From Nymphaea colorata (taxonomy: Eukaryota), in the NCBI RefSeq assembly GCF_008831285.2, contig NC_045138.2:18910001-18974000 (forward strand): DNA of 64,000 nucleotides. The letters run 5' to 3'. Position numbers and translations under genes: made by a program. The notes beneath the pieces were generated by a model that worked only from the letters and a program-made list of their open reading frames with translations, was not told the origin of the DNA and searched no databases. Shown one piece after another: positions 36,210 to 50,630 of this stretch (positions are counted from its first letter, which is position 1; every line of letters begins with the position of its first letter).

Positions 36210-38318
36210 TGCCGTTGCTCAGTAGACATAATCAGCGATAGAAGCTATTTTCTTTTAGTTTTCTCGTAGACATATAAGATGTCCCGGTCTGTTTCGCGGA
36301 ATGCTTAGTATGGATGTGTCATTTTTCTTCAGTTATTACTGTTGATATAAAAATTTACTATTGGCTTTCAAAATTTTGCAAAGGCTTTGATTTTATAGAA
36401 AGACTTTTGGGTGGATTGGTAACAAGGATACTTTGCATGAATCTACTTTAAAATTACACCAAATTTATGAAACAATAGTTCTACTATCCGATGAACCTAC
36501 AACAACAATTGTGGCATATTCATAGACATTCACAAAATTTTTCTACTGCTAAACGACCCCTTTAGGTACCGTTTCATTGCTGCAAGGACAATGCATGTGA
36601 AGGGGCTGCCTTTGGCATGAATGTACATGAGAGGCCTTTGTTTTTGCCTTTATTGACTTCTATTCCGTGATACCCTGTAATTAGTCTTATGAGGAGATCC
36701 ATTCCCTTAATTAATTCAGATATGGAATGGTGTTCAGAATTTTCTTTTGTACAGTGTGGTGGTCTAGTGCCTCTCTGTATCTTCTTTCTTTGTATTTTAA
36801 GGTTAAGGAGGTCTTTCCTCCCTGCAAATTTGCTTGGAAAATCCTCCATAAACAATTTTTGAGGTGTCAAGTTTGACAAATCCGAGATTTGATTTCTCAT
36901 TGTTTAGTTTCGGGATTAATTTTATTTATGATTTTAGAAAGGATTTCTTTTTGTGATTTTATAAACGAGGGCTATATATTTTATGGAAACTGTCAAATAG
37001 AACATTAAGTGAATTTCTGTTAGTGCTGCACTTTTTTTTATTACCAAGTACGTTTCCTTAACAAATCAATTACCAAGTCATAAAAATAAAACGAAAATCA
37101 ATATCTGGTTAAGTTGTTGGCTTCTAAGAAACTTTTACAAAAGACATTCACATTTTATTGATGTAACAGAGACGAAAAGTTGTTTGATCAGGTCTGGATG
37201 TTGTGTACTTTGAAGATGAAGAACTGGTACTACACATGCTAATCATTGCATCTCTATGTCAAAATACAATTGCAAAACTTTGGCAATATTTTTCTTCAAA
37301 CACGTATTTTGATAATCAAATTGGACTAAGAAATTCTAGTAAGTGTTTCTTCTGGGTAGTAAGAGTTTTCTTCCGGGTTCAAGGAGAGAGAGAGAGAGAG
37401 AGAGATCTAATAAGAGTTCTCTTCTGCGTTTAAAGTAGCGAAGAAAAGGCTTTCATTCATAGCACTAGCTACAAACAGATTTTGCGTTCATTAATGCTCA
37501 TGATAGCCTTCCTTGTCACACGGTATTGAATTGTTGGATCTACCAGAGAAGGCTTTCAGATGATGATGTAGAAAGACTAGTTGTCGCACCTTTGAATTCA
37601 ACTGGTAATTGATTTGCTATTACGCATATCGCTACAATATTACTGGCTTTCGATAGATGCACCGACCCAAAATAAAATTGAAGTATCTTCACAGCGTGCC
37701 ATCATTCCAGTTGTACAAGAAGAGCTCATTTCAGATAAATAGGTAATACATTTTTCGGGAAACATGCGGATAAAGCCACTAGTAGCAAATAGTTGTTAAG
37801 ATATGCATTTTATTCACTGGTCAAGATGTCCATTTCAAATAAAAATTTAGCATCATAGAAATGCCATAAGAACTTTTATATGGTATTTAATGCAATAGTG
37901 ATATCTTGTGGTGGTCTCTACAGTAGATAGGATATTGCATTACTGTAGCAGAAACTCAAGAGTGATGGTCACAATGAGATCCAAAAATGGGTGAACTTAT
38001 GCCCTTCATAAATTTTATGAATATAAAGAAAGCAATGAGCATTGGAAGCAACCAAAAAGAGCTCGGCAGCTTAGTATTTATTATATTTGTTCTTAAATGA
38101 TGGAAATCGACTTTTTTTTTTTGTTTCTAAGGTCCAACACAAATCATCCTGTGACTGGACCCGTTGGTTGCTTAAGGTGTACTGGAATTGCATTTCCTTT
38201 TTGCAAATTGGATGGGAAAACGGCATTTTTTCATGTCATTTTTGTGCAAACCCCCATTATAAATGCTCACTCTGATAAAGAAAACCATAACATGGACATG
38301 TAAGCAACACCAACAGCA

Positions 38319-38506
38319 GAAAATGGACATGTAACCATAAGATGGACATGTACACTAAGTTGAAGTTATGATAGAGTCAGAAATTGACACGTAACGGTAA
38401 AATGGACATGTACACTAAGTTGAAGTTATGATGGAGTTAGAAATGGACATGTAACCATAAAATGGACATGTACACTAAGTTGAAGTTACGACTTCCAGAA
38501 ATTGAA
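38319..38506. repeat. 60-bp tandem repeat (x3) with an internal ATGGACATGTA sub-repeat
   Basis: ATGGACATGTACACTAAGTTGAAGTTA at 38342, 38402 and 38462. Confidence 0.9.
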
Positions 38507-38558
38507 AAAATAAAGAAGGAACTAAAGGCACTAACCTTTTCCCATCTTTACTGACCAA

Positions 38559-39080
38559 CTACGTCACAGGTATGGGTATAAGTGTTGGTATGGGTCTCGA
38601 TACGGGTATGGGTGTGGAGCACTTCAAAAAATTTGGATATGGGGAAATGACCATATATATATATATATATATAAAACATGGATTTTAAACAAACAAAACA
38701 ATTGCATAAATTTCTATTAAAAGAAAACTAAGTTCCAGAAAAATCCCCAAAACAATTGCCAGTCGCTAGAAAACCTTACTAGAAAATCATGCTGAATAGG
38801 TGGGAGTTAGACCAAGAGAACATAAACTGCCGTTTAGTTTCTGTCAGATCATTTTTATATACGCGATTGTTTAAACAAAAAAAACTTAATTACTGGACAA
38901 AATCGACTTGGTCAACTTTGACCGAATTCATAAAAAGATGGATAGGGCCATGGGTGCGGTAACCACACCAGTGACAGGTTTGACCGTGTTCAAGCCGTGC
39001 CCAAGGGCATACCCATACCCATACCCATACCTGGGTCGACATTGGTATCTCACCCAAATAAAAGTAACCGTGTTATATAG
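38559..39080. mobile_element. Non-autonomous hAT element (MITE), ~520 bp, older insertion
   Basis: Imperfect TIRs CTACGTCACAGG / CCGTGTTATATAG. 8-bp TSD CTGACCAA / CTGATCAA (one mismatch). Subterminal GGTATG/CATACC repeats. Confidence 0.8.
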
Positions 39081-42000
39081 CTGATCAACCGAATTATGGA
39101 GATAATATTTACAAAATATAACCAGATTTATAGGAAAACATGGCGTTCTCTTTCGCTTGCTTTCTGGCAAGTGCATATACTGATAGGTGGAAGCATTTTA
39201 AAGTGGCATTTCCATTTAAAGAATACTTTAAATTTTATCTTTCAGAAAATGTAAATTCAAACGATGTGTTATAACCGACGTATCAGCTTGAACCTAGAGT
39301 TCCATTACTAAATATTACCAAGATCACTTAGAGATACACAAAAGGCACAGCTTAGATCAACAAGAAGCCACAGCACTTCCCATGAATTCAAGTACAAGTT
39401 AAAAACCTCAAAATCAGATTTCTTGTCTCTCTTTCTGGGAACCTATTGTTAACTCCAGTTGTTGCAGTTGAACTATGACGTGCCTTTGAGGAATTTACCA
39501 GCTTAGCCAGCTCGAACTCCGATCAATTAGCCCGAACTCAGCTTGATAGACGGTGATGGAACTTGATCTCGACTCATCAAGCTCGTCTAACTGGTTCAGC
39601 TTCTGAAGAGGTGTGGCTTCTTCATGCTACAGAATGACAGCGGAGTCGAGGAGGCCAGATGGGAGCAGAGATGTAGACTAGAGACCTCTAATGTTCTACA
39701 GAGAAGAGAAAAATAAAAATCAGTTTGACAGATCAAGGGTTTCAGCTTTCAGAAATCTCTCGATCAAGGGTTTCTGAAAAGCTCAGAACCCTTGAGCTCG
39801 AGCGAGGGTTTTTGAGAATCCCGCAATTAATGACCATTCCCTATTCCATCAAGACTCCTCAAGTGTTGCAAATGATGCCTTCCAAGGCTTCCTTAACAAG
39901 TCGGCCAGTGAAGGAGTATAAAGAGGACTTGATCCTTGACCATTGTGGGCTGCATGCCTTGTAGGCTGCCAATGGGGTCATCGCCTTTAGGGCTGTTCAA
40001 CGTGTCAAGCTAATTCATGCTCGACTCAAACTCACTCGATAAACTTGACTTTGAATTCGAGCTTGAGTTAAGAAATGAACAAGACAACCTAAACGAGTCG
40101 AGCTCGAGTTAAGTGGGCTCAGTTCGGTTAAGCTCTAGAAAGAAAATATATAAAATAAGTTTCATGAATTATCAAAAAAAGTAGATTGCTCAAATAGTTT
40201 TGCATGTACCTCTTTCTATAATACAATATTTTTTTAATGAAATGCTTGGCTCGCCTCAAGCCAATCTTCGGCTTGAGCTTAATCAAGTCGAATCGAGCCA
40301 AGTACGAGTTTCTTTCAGAAGACAGTTGAGCCGAGTTAGAGCTTAATCAACTCGTGTGGCCAGTCATAATAAGCATTTCCTTGATATTTTCATTATTAAT
40401 GCTAAAAAATCTTATGTTCTTATAAGTTATAACAAAATGCTCCCTCCGGCATGTGACTATAGCTTAATCAATGAAAATACAGTTCAATTTTTATCTTCTC
40501 ATTCCCAACAGCCATTCTCCAATACATTTCCATATAACAGTTTTTAATACAACAGGGATAGATCTCTCTTAGTACATATCCAGTTAACTCGTTACTTCAT
40601 ATATCCAGTTAACTCGTTACTTCATATGGCAGATATAACAATTAACCATACCAATGATCACCTGCTACAAACTTACGTTCTTACACTATTCCAACAGTAA
40701 GCTTATCAATTCCAAAACAACTAGGGATAGACCAAACACAATCTGCATTAACATTCGATTTTAGAAACTGCCATAATGTCAAACATCAGATTTAATTTAT
40801 CAATAACTTAATTATTCAATAATATGCAATACACTGGCCTATAAATGATGTGCTCACTTCAAATGCAAATTCATAAAGTGCATCCAATCTATTAACATCC
40901 CTATTAGGAAGGGCCTTAACTTTTTTTAGGGAAAAAAAAAACATGCAGAAAAACATGAGCTTCCATTGGCTCCTCTGATTGCATACAAGTCCTTTCATGT
41001 GAAGCCCCTCAAAGACACTTAAACACAGGTTTTGGAAATGGTGAATAGAGTCATCGGTACCTACTCATTAATGTCATATGATACATTATGATGATGGTTA
41101 AGGGACAAAGAAGTGTAAAATAATACTATATGATCAAAATGGTCATCACCTTTTCCTCTCAACTATGCATCATGAGGGATTGAACATCTAGTTGATAACT
41201 TGATTTGGAACGTCATTCGCAACCAAATAATGTCTAAAAACATGCCAAATATCCACAAAAAAATGTACACAACAAAATACGACTGGATCCAAATGAACAC
41301 CGGGCCGATCCACGCACAACTCGCTTCCACTTCAGGTCACATCCTCAACCCGGGCCAAGCTCATTGCCTTTCTCATGTTTTAAACAAATCCAGTAAAAAA
41401 AAATGAATACACTCTGAAGTGGCCATGGTATATCAGTTTTCATCAGTGACGTAGCCACATTGTGGTTGGTGTGGGCTGTTGCCCACACTAGCCTCTTAAA
41501 AGTTTTTTATGTTGAAATAGAAATTTTAAATATTTATTGTTATATGTATGTAAATAAGAGCCCCACTGAATTTGAGTTTGTTTAAACAACAAGTGCCCCT
41601 CCATATAAATCATACAATTATTTACATCGATCGGGGGCTTAGGATCCCGTCGCTCCAGTTAGGGCCCATTTAGGGTAGGCATTGCATGCACGGGGCCACG
41701 CAAAGTTAGTACGATATGACGAGTGCAGTACTTAGATTTGTTAGTTTTGGTTAAGCTTTACTTTTTTTTTTTTATTTATGGCTGGGGATGTCAACAGACC
41801 AATTTAGACAGGATCCAAACTAGCGGCTCCAATTTTTTAACCGTAAGAAACTTGTACTGGTGATACGAATTTGGTGTGGCACTGCACGTACGTTGGAGTC
41901 ATAGCAATGTGATGTTGAGACACTATAATGCCATCTTTGATGGGCTGGTGGGGGCAGTGGCCCACCCAACGAACAAATAGTGGCACTAATTATCCAAACC

Positions 42001-42137
42001 CCATACATTTGGGTTCTCAAAAGAAAACCCCAATTTTATGTGGGGCAAGCTACATTTTTCAAAATATTACAAGTAGTATATTTTTATTTTTCAAAGTTTT
42101 TTTTTTCTTTTTATGGGGTGAGGGGTAGGTCTGTAGG

Positions 42138-42593
42138 TAAGCCTGGGCACGGCACTGGGCCGGGCCACCACCGGGTACCTTACTTGGCCCGATTCGAACC
42201 TGAAAAAACAAAACACGAGGTGACCCGATCCGTTATGGAGTGAGCCAGATAAGCTTAGAGTCTAATAATTAAATTTTTTTTTAATTTTTAATTAATTTAT
42301 GTATATATATTTACAACATTTTATTACAATTAATTATTTTTATGTATTATTTTATATTTAAAAATATTTTTTTAATACAATCGGGCTTAGATCTTTCGAG
42401 TGAGGGCTAAGCCCGAGCCCGAGTTTTAGATGTCGGGAAGGCCTGAGCTCGACTCATTATCTGGCTGGCCAAACCGGGCAGCGTCGGCTCAATGCCCAGG
42501 CTTAAGCCCGAGTTTTAGATGTCGGGCAGGCCTGAGCTCGACTCATTATCGGGCTGGCCAAACCGGGCAGGGTCGGCTCAATGCCCAGGCTTA
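42138..42593. mobile_element. TIR MITE with a tandemly duplicated right end
   Basis: TIR TAAGCCTGGGCA / TGCCCAGGCTTA. The ~88-bp right end is present twice (~42417-42504 and ~42505-42593). No TSD is evident. Confidence 0.7.
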
Positions 42594-44803
42594 GGTGCAT
42601 GAAGTTGGTAACATACACAAGGATGTCTAATAACTAAAATGTCTCCGTTAAAATAAAAAAAAGAAAACTTTTAATGGGACAAAAAAGAAAAACAAAGCAG
42701 CCAACTAAAACTTCTACCACTAAACGGTTTTGTGGTCCACGAATTGCACAATCATCAATATGATTCATCACAAAAATATTTTTGATTATTAAAAAAAAAA
42801 CTTTTTGTAAGAAAAAAAAATTAATAAACATTAAGTGATTACCAAAATGTTTCCCTTTTAACGGTTGCGTGCACCTAACGGCACACGCAACTCCGGCGTG
42901 GCTTAAAAGACTTTTGAAGTTGAAAAGTACTTACGAGTTAAAATTTACCTTTTAACATGCCAGGCAACCAAGGACAACACCACGTGAAAGCTGGGACAGC
43001 GGAACAAGACATGTGATCCAATGACGCCTTCACACTCATTGTACAAAGCAAGTGTAGCATTATTGAGCTAGCAACTGTTTGCATGACAAAAATCTGTGAG
43101 ACAAACCAATTAAGCTCGTATACCTGGAATAGTTGATCTTATTTATGGTTCGAAATGATGGATAAACAAGCTAGAAGTTATAGATTAGGGTAAGGTTCAT
43201 GCATGGGCGCAGTTAGAAATTTGTTTTCAGGAAACTCTAAACATATTTTTAACAAATTTTAAATTGGTTGGAGGAAAATGACCCAAGTCTCGTAGGGTTA
43301 TCTTATATAACTGGACCTAGATTCATGCAAATTCAACCATTAATCTAGGGTTCAGTGAGGCGTATGCCCTCTAGAGCTCTCACCTATCCACTATCTAGTT
43401 TGATAGGCCGGTTTTTGTTGGCATTCTCTACAAACTAGTTCTCTGCAAATTCATTTGAGCATTTGCATCTAGGGGGGGAAAAAAAAGAGGATGGGTTTGA
43501 GTATTTTAGAAATTTTTAATAAAAAAATATATAATCAAGCGAAATATTTTAATCATTACACAATCGTAGTGCACAAGTGTGCATCCAATGTTTTGTGCTG
43601 ACCAACGTTGGGATTTCAGCAGGATAAAAGCGCTGCATAGGCTAAGACATCGGAAGGAAACCAACGACCCTAATGAGAGGCAGATGCCCCTTTCATTCCC
43701 GTCACCTACGGTATTCCGATGGGCAGGATTTTGTTTTGCAAAATTATTCAGTTTAGTTGCTTATAGGACGCGCCACCACATATCTTTCCATGCCATATGG
43801 GGTAGAGAGAGAAACCGAATAAGCTGTTATTGTTTTACTAGGCACCAACACAGTTCTAAACTCTTAGTTCTTTCCCTTATGGAAAAAAGTATATTGACTT
43901 CAATCACATTTCAAGTAAGTGTTTACATAATTTTTTTTTTCCCAAAGAAATGAGTAACCCAGTGGACACATCTGAGATCCCCAAATGCTCGGGAGTTCAT
44001 CTATTCAATCATTTTCCTTCTTTTTATTGCTGGATATCCGGCAAAGCCACGGCACGTGTAGGTCTTTTGTCAAACGACATAATCGGGCGCTGCGTTTGGT
44101 TATGTTTTAATTACAACCAATAAAACAAACAACATCCCATTCACATATATATTTCATTGAAAACCAAGTGAAACCATGGAAGCTGCTGCGGGATTATTTA
44201 ACGATGAAACGGATCTTGCAAAGATGGGATAGAATGGGACGAAAAATTGGAGCTTTTTCCTTGGAAATCAGATTGAATGCCGTAACGATTTTCTTATCCT
44301 TTTAGGGCGAAGATTTGCTTCAATCCCTCCTGGGAGTTTGACTGGAGAAAGAGCTGAAATAGAGGCCTTTCTTTGCAGGGGTTGGAGGTCAAAACGTTTT
44401 ATTGTGCACTCTCTACTTTCTTTCTTATCAAGTCGCACACAAATATACACCCATGAAAAAGAGAGAGAGTCGTTGTATTTTTAATAATGAAGTGTATTTT
44501 TTTTTTTTAGATAAGTTGAAACTCTAAGAAGCATCTAGAGTGCTGGCTGCCATCCATCAAGAAGCATAAAATAGAGCAAAACCTTCAATAGAACACTCAA
44601 ATACTGAATAATGGATTAAAAAAGAACAGGAAGACAAAGCTCATGGGCTTCTCGCTAGAGCATTTGGTCAGCTCATGCAAGATCTAGAGAGTTAACTGGT
44701 TTCCTGCACTCGAACAAAGCTTCATAGAGATTTACAGTGTCTATGGCCATAAATGCCATTCGGTGCATTGTTCTGGTGTCCTATAATGGTGTTGCATCCA
44801 TGA

Positions 44804-45370
44804 TCAAATCCGGAAGGTTGATGTAAGGTTGGCCATGCATGGTTGAATTTCTTCAGAAAGAATACTGAACATGGCCAAATCCCAGACCCTACCCTTCACA
44901 ACCACGTACCTTTTGAGGATCCCCTCCCTGAGAAATCCACATTTCTCCAATACCCTGATGGATCCCCTATTTTCCAGGATGACCATCGCCTGGATACGCT
45001 CTAAACCTGGAAATTCCCGGAAGACGGCTGGAACAGCCAGCCTCACGGCCGAGCTGGCCACGCCCTTTCCCCAGTAGCCGTGGGCGACCTCGTACTTGAG
45101 CCGTCCGCAGCACCGGTCGGCGCCCTCGCCGATCGTGATGCAGATGCATCCGACCGGCCGGCCGGCGACGCAGATGGCGCGACACCACTCGTGGGAGATG
45201 GCGAAGTCCCGGATGAAGGCCACCGCCTCGTCGCAGGAGGTGTAAGCGTCCCACCGGCTGAACTCCGCCACACGAGGGTCTCCCTTCCACACCATGACGT
45301 CGTCGGCGTCCTCGATTTCGAAGGGGCGGAGGGAGATAGATAGCGCCCTGGTGCCTGCCACCTCTGTCAT
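44804..45370 (-). CDS. RimJ/RimL-type GNAT, copy 4, subtype C, inverted orientation, 188 aa
   Basis: MTEVAGTRALSISLRPF..RLKYEVAHGYWGKG..ENRGSIRVLEKCGFLREGILKRY. First ATG is at 45370 (the track start is TTG). Confidence 0.92.
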   Translation of the reverse strand: MTEVAGTRALSISLRPFEIEDADDVMVWKGDPRVAEFSRWDAYTSCDEAVAFIRDFAISHEWCRAICVAGRPVGCICITIGEGADRCCGRLKYEVAHGYWGKGVASSAVRLAVPAVFREFPGLERIQAMVILENRGSIRVLEKCGFLREGILKRYVVVKGRVWDLAMFSILSEEIQPCMANLTSTFRI

Positions 45371-46015
45371 CTTCTTCAATACAGCGCGCGCTGGAGCGAG
45401 AGATTCAATGGCAGTCTTATTACTTATAATCGTGTAAGGTGGAACAATGGTATGGTGTGCGCCGTTTTTTGCTGATAAAGCTAAGAAAAGAAAACTTGTA
45501 CTGAAAACATGAAAGAAATTACATTGAACGATGGGTACAGAATCTTGGCGATTCAAATTTAATCGCTCGATTTTTTAGCCGATTCGATATTAAATCGTCC
45601 GATTTTCTATGCACCTTGAATCGAATCGATAGAAGACCGACTCGATCCAAGCCGGCTGATTTATGCCGATTCACACCGACATTGATGACAGGATTTGATG
45701 TCTTCCTCGCTAAACTCGTAAAAAATTTCTGTTAAAATCACGGCTTCATATAAAACTCTTCTAAAACTGACAAATAAATTAAAATCATAACCCTTTTTAA
45801 TAATATCTTCCCCCGTTCACCCAGTTTGTTAAATGCCATTTAGATCTGTCTCTAATTTTTTTTTTTCAATAAAATAAACTCAAGCGTCCACTAATCGGAT
45901 CCGATCATGAGTTCGGATCACCTGATTACTTGATTTATGGTCCACGATGTATCACTTAGCCTGTAATGCTTGTTGGAACACTCCAAATCATTGAGAGGAC
46001 ACAGTGAGGGTTGGC

Positions 46016-46395
46016 TAGGGATGTCAAATGATCATATATTCTTAATTATATTCGTTTTTTCGGATATTCACATATTCATATTCAAATTCAAATAAAAAAA
46101 GGTCATATCTGAATCTGAATTCTAAATCTGATTTTACAATCCGAATCGATTTTTATATTTATATCCGAATTCAAATTTTGAATCAAATTTCACCAATTTT
46201 CAAAATTTAATAGCATTAGATATATGATCTTTGTTTAAAAAAATCCAATCCTAACCCGTGTCTAATCCGATCAGATATTTATGTATATTCGAATCTGATC
46301 GGATGTCATTTATTAAATCTGAATTCGATCAAATTTCTTTATCAGATATTAATTTTTTTTTCATATCCGATTCAAATCGGATATATACCAACAAT
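46016..46395. mobile_element. MITE fragment with a TAGGGATG terminus and ATCCGA-rich body
   Basis: Begins TAGGGATGTCAA; dense ATCCGA/TCGGAT motifs also seen at 0.9-1.1, 19.3-19.6 and 47.2-47.4 kb. Confidence 0.6.
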
Positions 46396-47189
46396 TTTTC
46401 GTTAGAGGGGCTGAAGTATAGTTTCAAAATTTTAATAGATGTCAAAATATAATTTTTTAAATTTTTTATATATGACTAACTAAAGATTTTTAAAAATTAG
46501 ATGTTTTTTTTTTTTGAAATTATGAGGAGAGGCCAAGGCTCCTGCCGGCGCTCCCCTGGCTTCACAACTGAACATAGTGTTCTTGATCAGGCTGGGGTGT
46601 GTGTCTACTCATGGTATAATGAGGCGTCTGCAGTGAGCGCACACCACAAACTAATGCAGATCTACATGTTATGAGCAAGGAGGCTTCGGTTCTTTTGAGT
46701 GATAGATTGTAATGTCCAATTATAAAACCCTTGGAAGAAAAAGATAAACTGAAACAGCCAAAACTAGTCGCAAAGAACCAGCCAGACTGACCTCATGGAT
46801 AAATGAAGAATGGGAAAACAAAAACAGTACTTGGACCAAAGAACGTGGTAACGTTATAAGGTCTCAATTAAACAGATCGAGCAAGTTTGAATTGACGTAA
46901 CATGAAGCCCATTAGGCCGAAAATGCCATGGAGAGTGACAAGAGTCCACAGACCTTGTAATTGGCACCAACCAGTCACTTTGAACAGTACAAAGCACCAC
47001 ATTGCGGTCTCACCTTTATGTTCTTCGATTTGGTCCCCAATAATTAGGGCTCAGTTTGATGTACAAGAAAAATACTGTGCATCAAAGAAATTTTCTATAC
47101 TGTGCATCAAAGAATTTTTCTCCTGTTCGTATCATTTTCCCCTGCAACATCAAAGACATGAAACTTTACCCTGTGTTTTTCATTGATTT

Positions 47190-47438
47190 TGGAAAAAATC
47201 GGATTCGGATCAGATTTGGATTGTAAAATCGGATCCGAATCCGATTTTTTTCATTGATCCGAATCCGATCCGATATTCATGTATATCCGAATCTGAATCT
47301 GAATCCGATCGGATGTCATTTATTAAATCCGAATCCGATCCGATTTCTTAATCGGATATTAAATTTTTATCCATATCCGATTTTTTCGGATCGGATCGAT
47401 CCGATATCCGATTCAAATCGGATATATTCACATCCCTA
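47190..47438. mobile_element. MITE fragment (right end CATCCCTA) of the same family
   Basis: ATCCGA repeats ending in TTCACATCCCTA. Confidence 0.65.
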
Positions 47439-50400
47439 GGAATACGGCTTGGGGCATCCCTGGAGGCATGGGCGCACAAGTACTTTCGCACGGAGCATTT
47501 CCATCGACCATTGAATTTTATTTCAAAAAAATTGCAAGACTAAATGATATGATAATTTCTTCAATGAAAGCTAGGAATGTTGCTCGCTCTCGCAACTGTA
47601 ACTTAAGTCCACTTATTTATAATCGCGTGGAGTAAACATACTTTAGAAGTTGAAAGTACTTACGAGTTAAAATGTAGCTTTAAATATGCCAAGCAACTCG
47701 TTGGACAGCACCATGTGAAAGCTCGGACAACAGACCAGGACATCGGGTGTGACATTTGATTGGAATGTGTCAAAGAGGAGAGAGAGTTATTGCACGGCTG
47801 TGTGCTTGTATTCTTGGTTCACTTTTACTAGTACGTGCCATGCACATGAGCCTATGACAATATAAAAGTGTATATATATTTAAACCAAAAAAGTAGTTAA
47901 GGTGATAATAAAGTAGTTCAATACGTATCATGGTAAAAACATGGCAGCACTATTATGGAGCCGTTTGGAAAAACTCCTTGCCTTTTACAATTTTCTAGAC
48001 CAATCCTTTCCTCATCGTTGAGCAAGGTAAATTGGTCCTAGATGTTATCTATCCTCTTTAACAGAAACGAATGTTGAGCTTGTAAGCATTTGATAAAAGC
48101 AAAGCAAACGAAATGAAAGATTTTAGTTTCCAAGGGGGTTGGCACAACAACGGGAGGAGGGTTAGTAGATGGTTGGTTCCTATTTCAAATTCTTGTGGCA
48201 TTAACTTTTTGTGTCCCTGAAAGGAGGTCATTGACATGCAAGCTGAAGCATGGTGGGGCCGGCATTTCGAGACACTCAAAATAGGTCATGTACCATAAGG
48301 GGTTTGGTGGAAAATTTGAATTTTACCATAATCCAAGTTCTAAATTTACACTTGAATCAAAATTTTAAGTATAAACTGAATCTGAACCACATTGCAGCTT
48401 TCAAAATATAGGGACATTGGATATAGGATATTTTATTTAAAATTAAATATAGTCCAAGTCTCACTCCAAACAAATATTTATGTAAATCCAAATATGGTCA
48501 GGTGCAATTTCTTAAATCTAAACCCGATTTGATTTTTGTTCCATATTCGACTTTTTTTACATGGCTTAATTGGATATTGATTCAAATAAAATTTTATTGA
48601 TATCTTTAGCCCCCAAAAAAGACTATTTTTAATGAAATGAAAAGAGAACTTTTCAAGCAAAATGGCCGGTGTACCTTGTTTCAGTTTATGCATTATGATA
48701 AAAAATGAATATATTTGCATGGTTTCATGAAAAGACGATTAACACAATTTTTAAAACTTTGTTGATTACTTTTACAAAAGCACAACAATCTCATTTTCAA
48801 ATTATTTTGAATAGTTTACTGTGAAAACTTGTTACTCTCATGTTTAATTTCTTGTTACTAATTAACCCTAGTCTTGCTTATTTGGACTGTTTTAGATCAC
48901 TATATGTATTAGGAAGGGGCGTTCCCGTATTCAGAAATAAATAACCATTTTACAATTAATCCATTAACTGGGCGCTTAATTTGAATCAGATTTCAGTCGG
49001 ATTCGGTTTTGGTTTGCACTTGGATTTGATTGTTCGTTTTCAGCAACCTTAGTAATGGGATCTAAAGTTGGGTGAACATCTGATCAACACCTGAACTGAC
49101 TTCAAGTAGGTTTTGTGGGGACTTAGAAGATTTTGACTCTTATTTCAAGAAGCATGGTGCAACCTTAGATATTATCTCCAAATCTAACAGTTAAGTGCTC
49201 CAGGTGACCAGATCATGGTTTTTAGAGCAAGAACATGAAACCTGTTTTTTAATATGCATTCCACGAACATTTATTGTGCTCACACAGTGTTTTACCGATC
49301 GTCAAACACCTTCAATGGGCAACCAGTCTTTCATAAACATGTATTAAGTAACTTTGAAATATTGGTGGAATATTTTATTAAACACACAAGACAAGGAGAG
49401 GTTAAAAACTCATTTATGTTTTGAAAATTTTCGTTTAGTTACCATTTAAACTTGTTTGGTGCCTTTATTAATGAGTTATAAAACCATCAATTTAGACTGC
49501 ATAAAACATACATAGGCTGAAATTAAAGAGGGAAGTAAGCCAACTAGTTTGCCTATGAGAGAAAGACTTAATGCCCATGAGAATCGAATTGATGACAAAT
49601 TTTTTACTCTGGACCCATCATAGTTTGAAAGAGACGTACGCCTCATGCCAAAAAAATGCGCTTCGAGACATTTTTTTTGAAAAACGCTTCGAAGCACAAG
49701 GGTGAAGTGCAAGTGTCCATAAAGCATATGCCTCACCTGGTTGAGGCATAGGCTTCAACCTAAGGTACATTCACTCTTATGTAAGGCATACACCTTAAGG
49801 ACGAAGCCATTTTTGATAGTTTAAAATAAAAAATTAACAAAAAAAAAACTAAAAACTTATACTATTATGGTGAACCAATTGGTATTGTATCATTTTCCCC
49901 TTTTTCTTCCATTGCAAAGCATAGAATTGTTGTTGCTGGTGGTGGAGTCACCACCGAAATCAACTTTGCCACTACTACTGGAAGGTCCCTTTCTTAATAT
50001 ATATATATAAGCACTTGGCAACTACTGGCCAACGGTTGTTGTAAATTGATTTCCAATTTGTCGGATCTCTTTCTTCGTCGTCCGGTAGCAATAAGAGCTC
50101 AGCTCACCCAGCTACTTAGACGCTGGACTCAATTCTTTTTTACAATTTACCACTTTTTAAAATTGGTATGATCGAGAGCACTTCATGGTTTTCAAGGTAA
50201 GGACTCTTTACAACCAAGTTTAGCAATTGAGGTAGCAATTGTTAAATCCTGTTGACGATACGAGATATAAACTAATTAGATGAACATAGTGAAAACACAT
50301 GGTATGCATTAGGGTTCGAGATGACGATCGATGACTAAATGGTTTGACATATGAATATAAAAAGCAGATAAATTTAAGACCACTATGATTTAAAAACTGT

Positions 50401-50630
50401 TACATACTTTATGACTTTTACGTATTTAAACTGACTAAGTTTGATCGTATGGAGAACAGACGGGACCCATCTAGGCGTGATCTCCACTCCACTTCCCGCC
50501 TTGATCAGCTTCGCCGGGCTTTCCTCCGCCTGCCATCCCCTGCTTTCTGCACAAGGAAGCTGCTACCAACAAGGTATAAAGAAGAGCTCCCCACCCGTTC
50601 GAGGCTCCAATTCTAGTTCACATTACCGGT

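Noticed and set aside
36574..38040. 108-aa ORF and a neighbouring stretch that looks like decayed coding sequence
   Set aside because: No motif I can recognise and multiple stops in the neighbouring stretch; it needs a translated search.
46016..47438. A single 1.4-kb TIR element bounded by TAGGGATG/CATCCCTA
   Set aside because: The flanks (GGGTTGGC versus GGAATACG) show no TSD, so two separate fragments are more likely.
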